Shown here: piece after piece, positions 1-12,575 of the stretch
Layout of the letters: each line of letters begins with the position of its first letter
Position numbering within the stretch: position 1 is the first letter of the stretch
Assembly (NCBI GenBank): GCA_951406725.2
Contig: OX597820.1
Span: forward strand, 80,972,001-81,036,000
Direction: 5' to 3'
From: Octopus vulgaris
Taxonomy: Eukaryota
DNA: 64,000 nucleotides
The notes under the pieces: model-generated
Seen by the model: only the letters and a program-made list of their open reading frames with translations
What the model was told of the DNA's origin: nothing
The model's database searches: none
Translations under genes and position numbers: made by a program

Positions 1-228
1 TAGACCTTTTTATTTTCTTCTTTTAAGAATATATTTATGTTTGATATCCAAATTCCAAACATATCTAAGTTCAAGTCTGTAAAAAATTGTACACAAATTC
101 AAATCTTTTGAATCCATTTTCAGTTTCTGCTTAAACGTACGCTTTACTCTAACTCAACATTGCAATCCCAAGTGCTAACACGAAACCCTAGCATTAAATT
201 CTGACCCTCAAAGGGGTGAGAAAGAGCA

Positions 229-336
229 TGATATGAAAGACGTGTGTGGAGAGAGAGAGAGACAGACAGAGACAGACAGACAGGCAGACAGATAGAGAGG
301 GCAGAGCGAGAAAGAGCGCGATATGAAAGGTGTGTG

Positions 337-380
<44 letters not shown>

Positions 381-420
381 GACAGACAGACAGACAGAAA
401 GAGACTGAGAAAGAGAGAGA
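229..420. repeat. (GA)n/(GACA)n microsatellite block, duplicated as a ~90-bp unit
   Basis: GATATGAAAG-..GTGTGGAGAGAGAGAGAGACAGACAG occurs at ~230 and ~320; the ORFs here are low-complexity artefacts. Confidence 0.85.
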
Positions 421-1813
421 GGGGGGATGAGAAAAAGAATGAGTTTGGTTTAATCACAGAAATAGTTGTTGTAGGATTAAGTTACATTTGTGGGTATAAT
501 GTCATAAATGTATGTGTATACATGTTAATAGAGTAAACCTTGGATCTAAGTCATTCATTTTCTTAAAGGTGACAGCGAGTGACATACTTGGTACAGTATT
601 ATATATTTGTAAAATTGAATAGAAATGGTATTTTCTAATAATTTTTCCACTTTAATAATTAGATGTAAAGTGGAAAAAATTATCATTATTCATTTTTTCA
701 AATATATATATCAGAGTGAAACGAACATCATCTCAGTATGACTCACAAGAATGTTTGCCGTGTTTTGCTTTCTTGAGTCTTGTCAATGACATGTACCCAG
801 TCATCATATGCTAAGAAGAAATCTCCTTGAAATTGCAGAAAGTTTGCCAAGTTAAAAGTAACTAAAGATATGCAATTGAAATAGCCACCTAACATATATG
901 CACCACTGAATGGTGAAAATCTGAATTGTCTCAGAGAAAATCTCTTCATAGATATGTTATGTTGAAAATAAAAAGTGCTATATAAGTGGGTGAAGCAAAT
1001 ATCATCCCATAAGTGATGTTCTTATGAGTCACAACAAAAACAATGTTTACCATGTATAACATGTTTATTACAGATTTTCTGTCAAGCAAAAACTGCTGTG
1101 CCATACCTTTCAATATTGTATATGTTAATTATGGGACATGGAAGTGAATTTTATATAGAGGGTAGAAATGACGAGCATAATCAGCTTCACATAAATGTTT
1201 TAATAGATCCAGAGAAACAAACACAAAAACAAAAGGAAAAAAAAATCAAAGTTGGTGAAGACGACAATATGTAAATGTCTCAGCCTTTACCAACAATTTC
1301 TACTGGAATTTATTTTTAGCTATCATGTTTATTTCTGAGGACAGTTTGGCTGGCTTTACAGACATTTTTCTGATAATTCAAACAAATTCTTAGTGTCTGA
1401 GATATGAATATATTTAAACATTCCATTCATTCCTAGATCTGACCAAGCTAGTTTATAGATGCCACTTGGATGTAACTTGAACAAATCAAAGTACATTTAA
1501 GATAAAAGATAAAAATAAAATATACTCGGGTACTGTTTCTCTCTCTCTCTTTATCTAGCTACTTATCACTCCCAAAACATTTGAATAAATAAGTGTGTGT
1601 ATATGTATATTTTCAACTTTATTCCACATTACTATATTACATGGGCATACATATCCATTTATCCAATATCCAAAAATAAACAAAGAGGAACAAGGAAAGA
1701 AAAAGAAAGAAAAAAAGAAGAAGAGAAAAATGAAAAACAAAAAAAAAAAGAAAGAAAAAAGGCAAAAAACCAATGCAACACCAAGTACCTCAATTGGTTA
1801 CATAACACAAGGT

Positions 1814-2950
1814 CTAACAGAACTTATTGAAGCAAGCCAATACACTCATGGCATTACTATGGGTGATGGTAAGGTTAAGGCATTGGAACAGCCAAGCAGC
1901 CTCATGGGTGTCACCTGACACCTTGATGAGGCAAGCTGCCCATGATGACAAGCACTTCGCTGTTAGCAGCTCAACCCTTCCAATCATCTCAAACACCAGA
2001 GGCTGGAAGGAGTGGTTCACTGCCATGGCCTGATACTTAAGAATTTTGTTCCGTTTAACTACAGAAGCAGTGACCCTCCCATTTATCACAGCATCCAGGA
2101 TGTGGGAAAGAGCAAAGGAGTACCAGATGAGGCACCTACCTCTTGCCCAGGGACAAAGGGTAAGACCATCTGGTCTCTTCCCATTACTTCTGAATAATCC
2201 AGCTGGCTCCAGAACTGAGGGGATATTAATCCAAGTCAGGGCCCACTTAATGATTAAGTTTAGCTTGGTGTGATGAGAGAAACAACCAGCATTTAAGCTG
2301 AAAGATAGACCGTGAAGACCTGTGGGGTCAAAGGGGCTACCACAGTGACATCTCAGTCCCCCCATAGTTGTCGGCTTCCACTCTAAGAATGATGGAGATG
2401 CGGGCTTCATCTAGACTGAGTAGACCACCAATGTTGGCCACAGGCAGGGTGTCAATCTAGTCACCTGAGAATTTTTCACTAGCAGAAAGTAGGTAACACC
2501 TTGAAAATTGATCAGATTGATCAAGGAGAGAGTTGAAAGTGGCACCTGAGTGCAGATTGTCCCATACTCTCTGCTTCAGTCTATCCTCAACTGTAACAGG
2601 AACTGACAAACCCAGTTCTCTCCATTGTAACAGAGCTTTATCCATCTCCCTGTTGGAACTGGTCCATGTTGGAGAGAGGAGGATGTTGACCACCAAAGGG
2701 GAGCAAGCATGAATGGAGGAAAGAAAACAGGGAAGAGATATGGACGAGCACATACACAGACTGTTTGGGCAAAACAGCCTGGTCTTGGGACTCTGGAGAG
2801 AGTCTGACTTTGACGAGACATTCAAGCTTCCTGAGGATTAGGTCGTCAAAGCATTGGAGAGACGACGAGAATTTATAAGAGAAGGAAGGACTTAATCTGG
2901 AACAATTCAATGAATCCCAGCATCTAAAAGGTGATGATAACATTCATAAA
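1814..2950 (-). mobile_element. Degenerate CRE-like non-LTR retrotransposon 3' part (Zn knuckle + restriction-like endonuclease)
   Basis: ORF 1814-2410 has CHCG..DPTGLHGLS (decayed CCHC) and EPAGLFRSNGKRPDGLTLCPWARGRCLIW, the RPDG..PW..G..L.W endonuclease signature of CRE-clade elements; upstream ORFs are frameshifted continuations. Confidence 0.75.
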
Positions 2951-3039
2951 CAACCATTCTTTATCGATTTGGATATCATTCTATAATCTATGACCATTAT
3001 GATGGCCCCATAATTTCAAAAGACATACTCATGTCTTAT

Positions 3040-4630
3040 TTTTGGATACTAAGATCAGCTCTTAAATTACTGGACCAGGTCATGAAAGATACAAAGAAAA
3101 TTGTAACCTCATTAATTAGAGACAGAGTTAGAGTAGATGAGATGCAGGTTAATTTTGTGCTGGATAAAAATACTATCTTCTTAATCAAAAAACAGCAACA
3201 AAAGTACTTAGTTAAGAGAAAACTTGGCATTTGTTGACCCATGTAAGCTTTTGACAGAGTCACTTGCTCTTTGATATGGTGGTTTCTGAAGAAGCTAAGG
3301 ATAGATGAGTGGTTTTTGAAAGCTGTACAAACCATGTGCAGGGTTGCTGTCAGTAAGGTGAGTGTTAACCATGAATACAATGATTGATTTAATGTGCAGG
3401 AAAGCATTCACTAGGATTTGGTTCTCAGTCCCCTCCTATTCATCATTGCACCCCAGGCTATAACAGAGGAATTTAAGACCAGCTGCTCCTGGGAACTATG
3501 ATATGCTGATGATTTCATTCTCATAGTAGAATCAGTAGAAGAATTGGAAAAGAAATTACAGGCATGAAATCAAAGCCTGGAATCAAATTATCTTAGAGTT
3601 AACTTAGCAAAAACCAAGGTTCTTGTAAGCAAGAAAACAGACAGGACCCTAGCCTCCTCAGGTAAATGCCCTTACTCAATATGTTGGAAAGGTGCAAACA
3701 GTAATTCCATATTCGGCAATCAGTGCAAGCTATGGAAACACAAGAGGTACAGTGGAATCACAGGAAGCTTAATGGAGAAAGTAGTTTTTGTTTGTGGAAG
3801 ATGTGCACATGCCATAAAGTCCAAGGTTACATGGGAAATCGATTTTCTCAAATACTCTAGAGGCCCCCTAGAGGTAAAAGATAGTTTCTGTTACCTAGGT
3901 GAACAAATTATCAGTTGAGGAAAATGTTCTGAAAATGTAGTTGCTAGAATATGAATAGGAAGATGAAAGTTCAGAGAGCTATTACTTCTGTTAGCAACAA
4001 ACGGTCTCTTACATTCTTCACTAGGGAAGGGCTTTGCATTTATGAGTGTCATAGTTTTCAAATTCACTAATGAAGTATTTGCAAGACCATGGGCTATATT
4101 TAGTGACAACAGCACAAGTGTCATGTGTTGGAAATTAAATCTTAATGGCAGATGTTGTTCTGTGTGTATATATGGGTTGGGTAAACTGGTTACTAGGCAG
4201 ATTGTATATATGGGTTGGGTAAACTGGTTACTAGGCAGATTGTATAATGCTTATGTACATACAACAATGCTGCATGGTAATGAGACATGGGCCCTGAATG
4301 TAGAGATATGCAAAGAGGTGAAGCTTGTATACTCTGCTGGATGTGCAATATTAGCGTACATGTAAGACATAGTGCAAATGTATTGAGAGGAAAGTTAGGC
4401 ATAAGAGGAATCAGATAAAGTGTGCAAGACTATGCTGGTTTGGTCAAGTGATGCATATCAATGAGGACAGTTTCATAAAGAACTTAAAGTGTATGGAACT
4501 CATGGAAGAGAGAGACCCTGGAAGACATGGGACAAATATTTAAAGGCTGATCTGAAGATGTTGATCCTTATGGAGGAGATGAGAAAGGACTAAGATGATT
4601 GGTGATTTGCTGTGCTCAAGAAGACCCACC
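3040..4630 (+). mobile_element. Degenerate RTE-clade LINE, reverse transcriptase and C-terminal region
   Basis: LKLLDQVMK..RVRVDEMQ, SWEL*YADDF (~3488-3515), GRLYNAYV..MLHGNETW and RPWKTW motifs, with many stops and frameshifts. Confidence 0.85.
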
Positions 4631-5006
4631 CAATACAGCAAATGTGATGCTTTTATGTGTGAGGCTCTGTCCCTGCTTCTTCTCTCCCCAACTCTCTACA
4701 ACTCCTATGCCTTGCACATACTTTCTGCTCTATTCTCCTTCTTGAGTCACTCCTAATCTCCCACCTTACCCTTTCTCCGTTCTATATTTCCCACAATCTG
4801 CACTCCCACTATGTTGGGGGATACATTCTTCACTAGGAAAGGCTTTGCATTTATGAGTGTCATAGTTTTCAAATTCACTAATGAAGTATTTGCAAGACCA
4901 TGGGCTATATTTAGTGACAACAGCACAAGTGTCATGTGTTGGAAATTAAATCTTAATGGTAGATGTTGTTCTGTGTGTATATATGGGTTGGGTAAACTGG
5001 TTACTA
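4010..5006 (+). repeat. ~185-bp direct duplication (4010-4195 and 4822-5006) plus a 38-bp tandem duplication (4165-4240)
   Basis: Near-identical TACATTCTTCACTAGG...GGTAAACTGGTTACTA copies; the first copy interrupts the RTE reading frame. Confidence 0.9.
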
Positions 5007-5722
5007 CAACAAATGGAAAAGTAGTAGGGGTGGGGCACCATGAATAACATGTATTGCATTACTTTGAAAAAACTATATCAGCAAAACAAATGATCTCTAA
5101 ATGCATTAAAAACATTATAACATATTCAGAACACTATTTCAGAAATTTATCTCCGTTCCCAAGACAAATTTAGGTAGAGCAGAATGAGTAAAACAAAATA
5201 AGGTAAATTTGCCTCTTCAATTCCCCAGAATTACATTAGAAAAAGATCTCATACACATCAATATCCATCCCTAGACATAAGAAATACAGCAAACATTTTT
5301 AAATAGCTAGGTCAAATAAGAGAGGATCATGGGAAAATGTCACATTATATGAAATTAATGAAACTTGACAGAATTTGAAAATTCAACATAAAATATTCTC
5401 TATAACTTCTCCACGATCTGCTGGAGTTGCTCTCCTCCTGATGAACTCACACACCATGCAGTTAAAAGAAGAAATTAATGAAATTAGTCATTACTCATTT
5501 TGCCCCCACTTTAGACTTTAATTTTTGCAAATTGAAAAATTATCAAATTAGACATTAGTGAGAAAAATTTGACTTGGAATCCAACAGGAAAAAGAATATT
5601 GATTGTTAAACACCAAAACCTATCCAGATATTTTATGAGCAACCTCAGTTACGATCGGGTCAAAGTCGAGGAAAAATTTCTTGAAAAACAAAGTACCTAT
5701 CACCTGACTATGTACCAAATTT

Positions 5723-6154
5723 GGATCTTTTCGGTTTGAACGGTAGTTTTTTCTAGCGGTGTCATATGAAATTGTCACCCATAATTATGACCCTAGTATC
5801 GATCTATTGCATTTCAATCTCTTTTAGGGTTAGGGTTAGTTAGGGTTAGGGGTGGGGGGAAGGGTATCTTTTTTTCTTCACAAATGTAAATAAACCCAAT
5901 CTGTTTCTTAAACGAGGGACATATTCATACGGCACAGAAAGCTTTTTTTTTACCTCAATAGACGTCACTGATTGGTGGAAATTGCAGAAATTGAAGAAAA
6001 AAAACAACAAATATCTTACAAACTATAGAATTTTCTCAATAAAGCCAAGAGAAAAAGATGTTTTATAAACACATTCTACCAGTATACGAAGTTTAAAAGT
6101 GTTTAGTTACGTGGAAATTATTTTTAAAAACTGCCGTTCAAACCGAAAAGAACC
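5723..6154. mobile_element. MITE with GG termini and 8-bp TSD (Merlin-type), containing TTAGGG repeats
   Basis: TIR GGATCTTTTCGGTTTGAACGG(T/C)AGTTTTT; TSD CCAAATTT at 5715-5722 and 6155-6162; second copy at 20225-20648. Confidence 0.85.
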
Positions 6155-6749
6155 CCAAATTTTCTCAACTTCAGCAACAACAGCTATGTCCACCTAATCT
6201 TACTCTTAAAGATGATGCAATTATTGCAATGTAATGGTTTCAAACAGGGAGCGGGAAAATAAATCAGAAATTATTTATTTTGCCCTGTCCTCTACTCAGT
6301 ACATACGACAAACATCTGCAGCTTCCAAATTTTCCTATGCAGTTTTTCGTTAACCCTAGGCTATCTTAAAAGCCACCGTCGCAAAGTTCGGTGTGCATAG
6401 CCTGAACCCTAATAACAGATGTATGTGTACACGTGCTTGCATGCATGAATGTGTTGATCCCCGAGCGAGTTACCTTACAAGGGGAAGTAATAAATAGCAA
6501 GAGCTGCTTCCCTTGGGAAGGGAAATAACTCTAGCTTAGCAAGAGAGAGAGAGAGAGAGAGAGAGACAAGGAGTAAGGAGAAAGACGAGCAACAAATGAA
6601 GTTGAAATTGTTGTATGTATGACAGAGGGAACGAGGGTAAAAGGCAGAGAGAACTACACATGAAAAGGGAGGAGGAAAGTACATGTGTAAAGAGCCCGTT
6701 AAGCCTGTGGATGTATATATGCCATACCTACACAAGTGTGCCCCACCGA

Positions 6750-8030
6750 CTTTGCATCCTCATAACTTGCAGAAAATAAATATTCTTTAATGAAATTTTC
6801 TACAAATACGCTTCAGAAAGTATAGATTCTGATTACCTAGGAATTTGTTTGGGAAAAGTTTTTTTTCCGATGGTGGGGAGAGAATTTCGGAAAATTCACA
6901 CGAGTTGTCTTTGTTTCCTCATAACTTTCTGTAAAAAAAAAGATATTTTTATTAAATTTCTATACATATCTTTGTGACGGTGTATATTACGATTATATTG
7001 GAATTTAATATGAAAAAAATTGGTGGGCTCGCACACATACATAATGATACACATCACAAAATGAAACTTGAAATTTTAAAAACAATTGTGATGCATATGT
7101 ATATGTTTGAGCCCACCAAGTTCCCCCGGTCAAACTAAAGCGTTTGACTCGGGAAATTCACATCGGGAATGTTCCGAGTCCTCTCACCACTTCCCCGTTC
7201 GTCGGTGAATTTTTTTCTTCTTTATATTCGTTTACTACACATTATTTTACACCTAGTACACTATTTTTTTTTTTCATTTTTCTGACCAGGTGAATTTTCG
7301 GATCCTATGAGATTGATCGTATGAATTTTCCGAGTCCTCTCCCCCGACTCCCATCCCCGCTCGCCAGCGCGCATTTTTTATCATATTCACTTACTCCCTG
7401 TTGTTGTACACCCATTGCACTTTTTTTTTCTTTTTTTTTTTTTTTTGCTCGAGTCAAACGCTTTAGTATGTCTGTATGTAGGTACCTCGCTTGGCCCTGC
7501 CGGAGATTCGAAACCGAATCCACTCGCTCATTACTTGTTAAGCAAATCTAAAGGCAAAGGAGGGTTAACATAAAAAACCCAGCTTGCTAGGTGTTAAAAA
7601 CTGTAAAGAAAACGAATATGAAAAAAAAAATTGGCGCAAACAAATGTGGCGAGGAAGAGGACTTTCGGAAAATTCCCAAGACCTGATTTTTCCCTCGTAA
7701 CTTTCAGGAAAATGAATATATATTGATGAAATTTTATAGAAATATTGTTCAAATGGCACAAATTACGATTATAAAGACATTTCTGGGGAAAATCTTTTCC
7801 GAAGGGGTGGGGAGAGGACTGTCGGAAAATTCACACGATCCTTTTTTTCTCCCCTCATAACTTTCAGGAAAATGGATATCTTTCAATGAAATTTTGCAGA
7901 AATCCCTTTCAACCAGCATAGATTACGATTATAAAGAAATTTGTGAGGAAAAGGTATTCCGAAGGGATGGGGAGAGGACTGGCGGAAAGTTCACACAATC
8001 TGTTTTTTTCCCCTCATAACTTTCAGGATG
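6750..8030. repeat. Cluster of ~158-bp tandem units in both orientations, with nested inverted repeats (unclassified non-autonomous element)
   Basis: GAGGACT..CGGAAAATTC..CCCTCATAACTTTCAGG recurs at ~7657, ~7814 and ~7974 and at ~6760-6930; reverse copies at ~7165-7400 and 12680-12850; inverted repeats at 7020-7119 and 7134-7468. Confidence 0.7.
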
Positions 8031-8699
8031 TAGCTTAGCGCTCGGTCACCAAAACGTGTTTCTTTTTTTTTTATGATTCCTATGTTTTCAATGACAGAGA
8101 TTCCGAATATGCAAAAAAGAAAAACACGTTTTCGAAATTTTTTATTCTGAAGTTTTTATTATTTTGGAATGAAGAACACAAACATAGGTGCTGAGCCAGT
8201 GACTAAACTTGTAGAATTTTGTTGGGATTACTCCAATGAATTTAAAGTAAAGTAATTGCTTCTGTCAGAATCATTTACCTTTATAGCGAAAAAAAAAAAG
8301 GAACCGACATATACGACAGCTATGTAAAATATATTTTGTGTACTTTTTTCTCTGTTCATTCGGATAAGCTGTAGAAATTGTTGCACACACAGACACACAC
8401 AAACACAAAAATTCTCCAGACATTTAGCTGTTATTTTTAGGATATCGAGTTTCGTGGTGAGGGCTTCCCGTGCCGTGATCCTTTTGCTGTTTCACTATAG
8501 ATCTACATATGTGGAAACGGACAAAACAGCAGTTCATTTTTACTTTTAGACGGTGGGATAAGGTGGTGAGGGGGGTGTTAGGGTTAAACAATACCTAACT
8601 GTAAAACGTGGGATGAAGTGGTGAAGGCTGACCCCAAGACTCTGAGATTAAGGGATGAGACAACAAAGGACGGGTCTTTTTTAGTCAATGGAAGTCATT

Positions 8700-9885
8700 G
8701 TAATGTATACCTATGTGCAGCTGTAAAAATCTTTTAAATATGTTAGCAAATATATTCATAAAGGTCATTATGGGTGACAGTCAATATTAGTGAACAGACT
8801 AATGCACAATAAACAAACACACAAAGATGAAATAGAAAATTATATTAACGGCAACTATGTATCCCCATCGGAGGCAGTCAGGAGGATTTGAGATTTCAAA
8901 TTACATGGTTCATATCTTCCAGTCCAACTGCATAATGATAATTTATTTAAATGGTATTACATGTAAAGCCAGTTAATGGTATTACATGTAATGTATCTAT
9001 ACAGAGTGGTAAAGCAACTTATATCATTGAGGCTGAGGTCATAATTTGGGGTGAATTACCTTCATGTCTCACCATTTCCTCCCAGAAGCATTGGATAGAA
9101 CATTGAGGGATTTATCCATAAACATGGAAGCAGACCATAGATAGTGGACAGCAGCTTTATGGAAACATTTAAAAAATATTCAACTGAGAGAAAATATGCA
9201 ATTAAAATAATATGCACAAAATTCAGAAGATCAAATCAACCAAAATTCAGTTCAACAACTTTATGCTTCACATAGAAAATGGTTCTGTAGTAGAAGAAGC
9301 AATTGGCAAAATTATTATACTCCAAGAATGTAACATTGTTCATGAGTTCAGTAACTTCATTTCCTTAGTTTTCAATAGAAATGTCATGCATGAATGTATT
9401 ACAGAATCAAAAAGATTTTCAAAAATTGAGGAAATGAGGAAATACTAAAACTATTTCCAGATGTAAAAGTTCTTCTTAGTCATGATCAATGTTCGTACCA
9501 GGATGATCCTTCAGAATTCATTACAGAGTACTTAAATATGCTAAATATTTCAGGATTACCATCACACACATTAAAATTAAAGACTAATGCAGTAATTGTT
9601 TTCTTACATACAATATACCAAGAAGCATTTGTAATGGTGCATGTTTAGTTATTGAAGACATTCAAGAGAAAGTCATTAAGGCAAAAATAACTGAAGTTCC
9701 ACATCACAGAAAAACTATTTATACTAAGAGTTACCCTTTCTTCAGTAGGTGAAGAGCTACCACTCACATTAGTTAACCGATAGATAATTTAGCAATGGCA
9801 AGGACAAACACTTGAAAAAGTTGGTTTAAATTTCCCAATGCTCATATTCATACATGAACAAAGATATGCTCTTTTCTCTAGAGTG
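8700..9885 (+). mobile_element. Highly decayed Helitron Rep/PIF1-helicase fragments
   Basis: YVSKYIHKGH and DEIENYINGNYVSPSEAVRRI (Rep); EYLNMLNISGLPSHTLKLKTNAVIV, FAMA and SRV (helicase C-terminal motifs). Confidence 0.75.
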
Positions 9886-9886
9886 A

Positions 9887-9922
<36 letters not shown>

Positions 9923-9923
<1 letters not shown>

Positions 9924-11581
9924 AGTACAAGAGATACAGAGAAGAGGTTCAACTCTGGCAGACTACGATTGGTGTATATATATACAGATTTAATATGATA
10001 GAGTTGTCTAAAACATATATTAATACATCTGGAATATAAAGATGTAGAGATATAAAAATATATGACTGTTAAAAATATGCAAGTACAAATAAATACATAG
10101 ATATATAAACATAATAGAGTATAGATAAAAATATAGATAAGAATAATGAAATATAGAAAGACATTTCTTTTAAAAATTCAAAATAAAATATGGAATGGAG
10201 GGAGTAATAGATGTTTAAAAAGATAACATTAAACTCCCTATATGGAATTCAACAGGTGATGTTATAACATGGTTCCATTGCCTCCCGAATAAGCATAAGA
10301 CTTGTTTTGTACAATTTTACATTTCGAACTATTAAGCTGCTATGTCCCCGATATTATTAAATAAGGCACTGATATTTGCCTGGGATTTTGTCAACATTCC
10401 TCGATCTGATATTGATATTATCCTAACCACGAGAAAAATCTTGATAAATTTTTAAGATTATAATTGGATTAGAAACAACTTGATAAACTACTTTGATATT
10501 ACCTATTTCTTTATTACCCACAAGGGGCTAAACACAGAGAGGACAAACAAGGACAGACATAGGTATTAAGTCGATTACATCGACCCCAGTGCGTAACTGG
10601 TACTTAATTTATCGACCCCGAAAGGATGAAAGGCAAAGTCGACCTCGGCGGATTTTGAACTCACAACGTAAAGCAGACGAAATACCGCTAAGCATTTCGC
10701 CCGGCGTGCTAACGTTTCTGCCAGCTCGCCGCCTTTGATATTACCGTGAGTTCGTCAGATTCAGCCCAGGTGACAGACCTAGAGGGTCTCTATCTCCTGT
10801 CTCAAATTAGGAAAACCTAACCAAACATATCTGGTGGGCTATACAAGGATGACACTCTATTCGCAGTAAATGGTTCATCTAAACCAGAGATTGAGTGAAT
10901 TGAGTGAATTTCTTTAATCTTATTTGAGACTGACATAAAAATAGTCAACTTTCTAGCTGTCACATTAAATTTAAACACTTAAGTTATTCTACCTATACAA
11001 TAAACCAAATCAAACATTGTAATATATTAACATCTCTTCTAATCATCTGAAATTAACCATCGATAATATTAGCACTGCCATCTTCCATAATTCATATGAC
11101 TCTCATATAAAACATAAATTAATTAATACTTGCAAAACCATTTAATACATTTCTACGCAAACACTACTCTTTTCATTTTCCTTGATGATGGGGGCATGCC
11201 TTGGAAGTGAATCATAAGATTCACATGTACTCTTTGAATGAACTCGAGAAACGATCGTTGAAATACTTCATTTCTTTAAATACGGTACCAAAAACTCTTT
11301 TTAAACATCTATTACTCCCTCTATTCCATAATTTATTTTGAATTTTTAAAAGAAATATCTTTCTATATTTCATTATTCTTATCTATATTTTCATCTATAC
11401 TCTATTATGTTTAAATATCTATATATTTACTTGTCCTTGCATATTTTCAACATTCATATATTTTTATATCTCTATATCTTTATATTCCAGATGTATTAAT
11501 AAAGGTTTCAGGCAACTCTAACATATAAAATCTGTATATGTATACAGTAATCGTGTATACATCTCTGTATCTCTTGTACTT
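9923..11581 (+). mobile_element. Penelope-like retroelement remnant flanked by ~290-bp inverted repeats
   Basis: RT motifs FVQFYISNY..LLNKALIFA, FDITVSSSDSAQVTDL, GGLYKDDTL, VNFLAVTLNLNT, YNKPN..YINISSNH; 9923-10223 is the reverse complement of 11296-11581. Confidence 0.8.
10504..10732 (-). mobile_element. tRNA-derived SINE with Meta-like central domain, full length
   Basis: Head GGCGGCGAGCTGGCAGAA..GAGTTCAAA (A/B boxes); central GCCTTTCATCCTTTCGGGGTCGATAAA..AGTACCAG; 13-bp TSD CTTTGATATTACC (10491-10503 and 10733-10745). Confidence 0.9.
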
Positions 11582-11633
11582 GTCTAGCATTTCGGGTTTG
11601 ACTCAAGTATTTCCATGCTTTCTATGCTTTTCT

Positions 11634-11717
<84 letters not shown>

Positions 11718-12350
11718 ACAAGCACACACACACACCAAATTACAAACATTCCACAAATAATGTTGTTTACAAGAAGGAAGTTCTCATTTAGAAAGATTTC
11801 TGACAATGGAATATGAAACCAACAATGCAGATTTCAGCCATACAGAACAGTATTTATCTACCCACCAGGTTTGGCATCACTTACATATGACTTACTAAAT
11901 ATGGAAACAACTAAATAATCATTTAAAAAGCGCGAAGAGAATTCTAAGTTTGGAACCAGTTTAGCTTATTGTAAGCTGCTATAAGACAAGTTGGACTATA
12001 AAATACTCAAACATGCTGGGTCTCCTCCATTCTCTTTCTTTCCTTTCTCAGCTGGGGTAGCCGTGTCTCCCTATCTACGTCTCTAACTTTCTCTGCCTCC
12101 CTTTCTAGCCTTTACCATGTATTTCTTCAACTGCAAGATATATATCTCTGTTCCTCTATTATACTTTAACGTTTCCCCACTCAAGGGGTCTTGCTCTTGA
12201 AAGTTACTGCAGAGACTCCACTGGGGCTGGTGCCATGTAAAGATGGTTGATGTTAAGAGGAGCATCCAGCCGAAGAAACTATGCTACTGTACTGATGCCA
12301 TATAAAAAGCATGCAGTACACTCTATGAAGTGGCTGATGTTAGGAAGGAC

Positions 12351-12458
12351 TGTAAGAATTAACACTTCCTTCTCTAAGCCTAGATTCGAAACTGAATCCG
12401 AGAATTCTTGGATTCGGTTTCGAATCTAGGCTTAGAGAAGGAAGTGTTAATTCTTACA
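12351..12458. repeat. 108-bp spacer-less palindrome derived from an LTR 5' end
   Basis: 54-bp arms centred on GAATTC with 2 mismatches; the arm matches the start of the LTRs at ~50421 and ~61205. Confidence 0.9.
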
Positions 12459-12491
12459 CCTTCAGTCATTATTCTCATTCACTCGTTATTA

Positions 12492-12575
<84 letters not shown>

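Noticed and set aside
194-536. ORFs rich in SL/VC or DRQT repeats
   Set aside because: Translations of (GA)n/(GACA)n microsatellite
1555-1830. Poly-Lys / poly-Phe ORFs
   Set aside because: A-rich low-complexity tract with no domain
5823-5865. TTAGGG repeats as a telomere or fusion scar
   Set aside because: They are internal to a MITE with TIRs and TSD that is present twice in the window
10620-10733. tRNA gene
   Set aside because: A/B-box head of a SINE with a body, a TSD and multiple copies; no convincing cloverleaf
11184-11265. SECIS element in the Penelope 3' region
   Set aside because: AUGA-to-AA spacing and stem length do not fit the SECIS consensus
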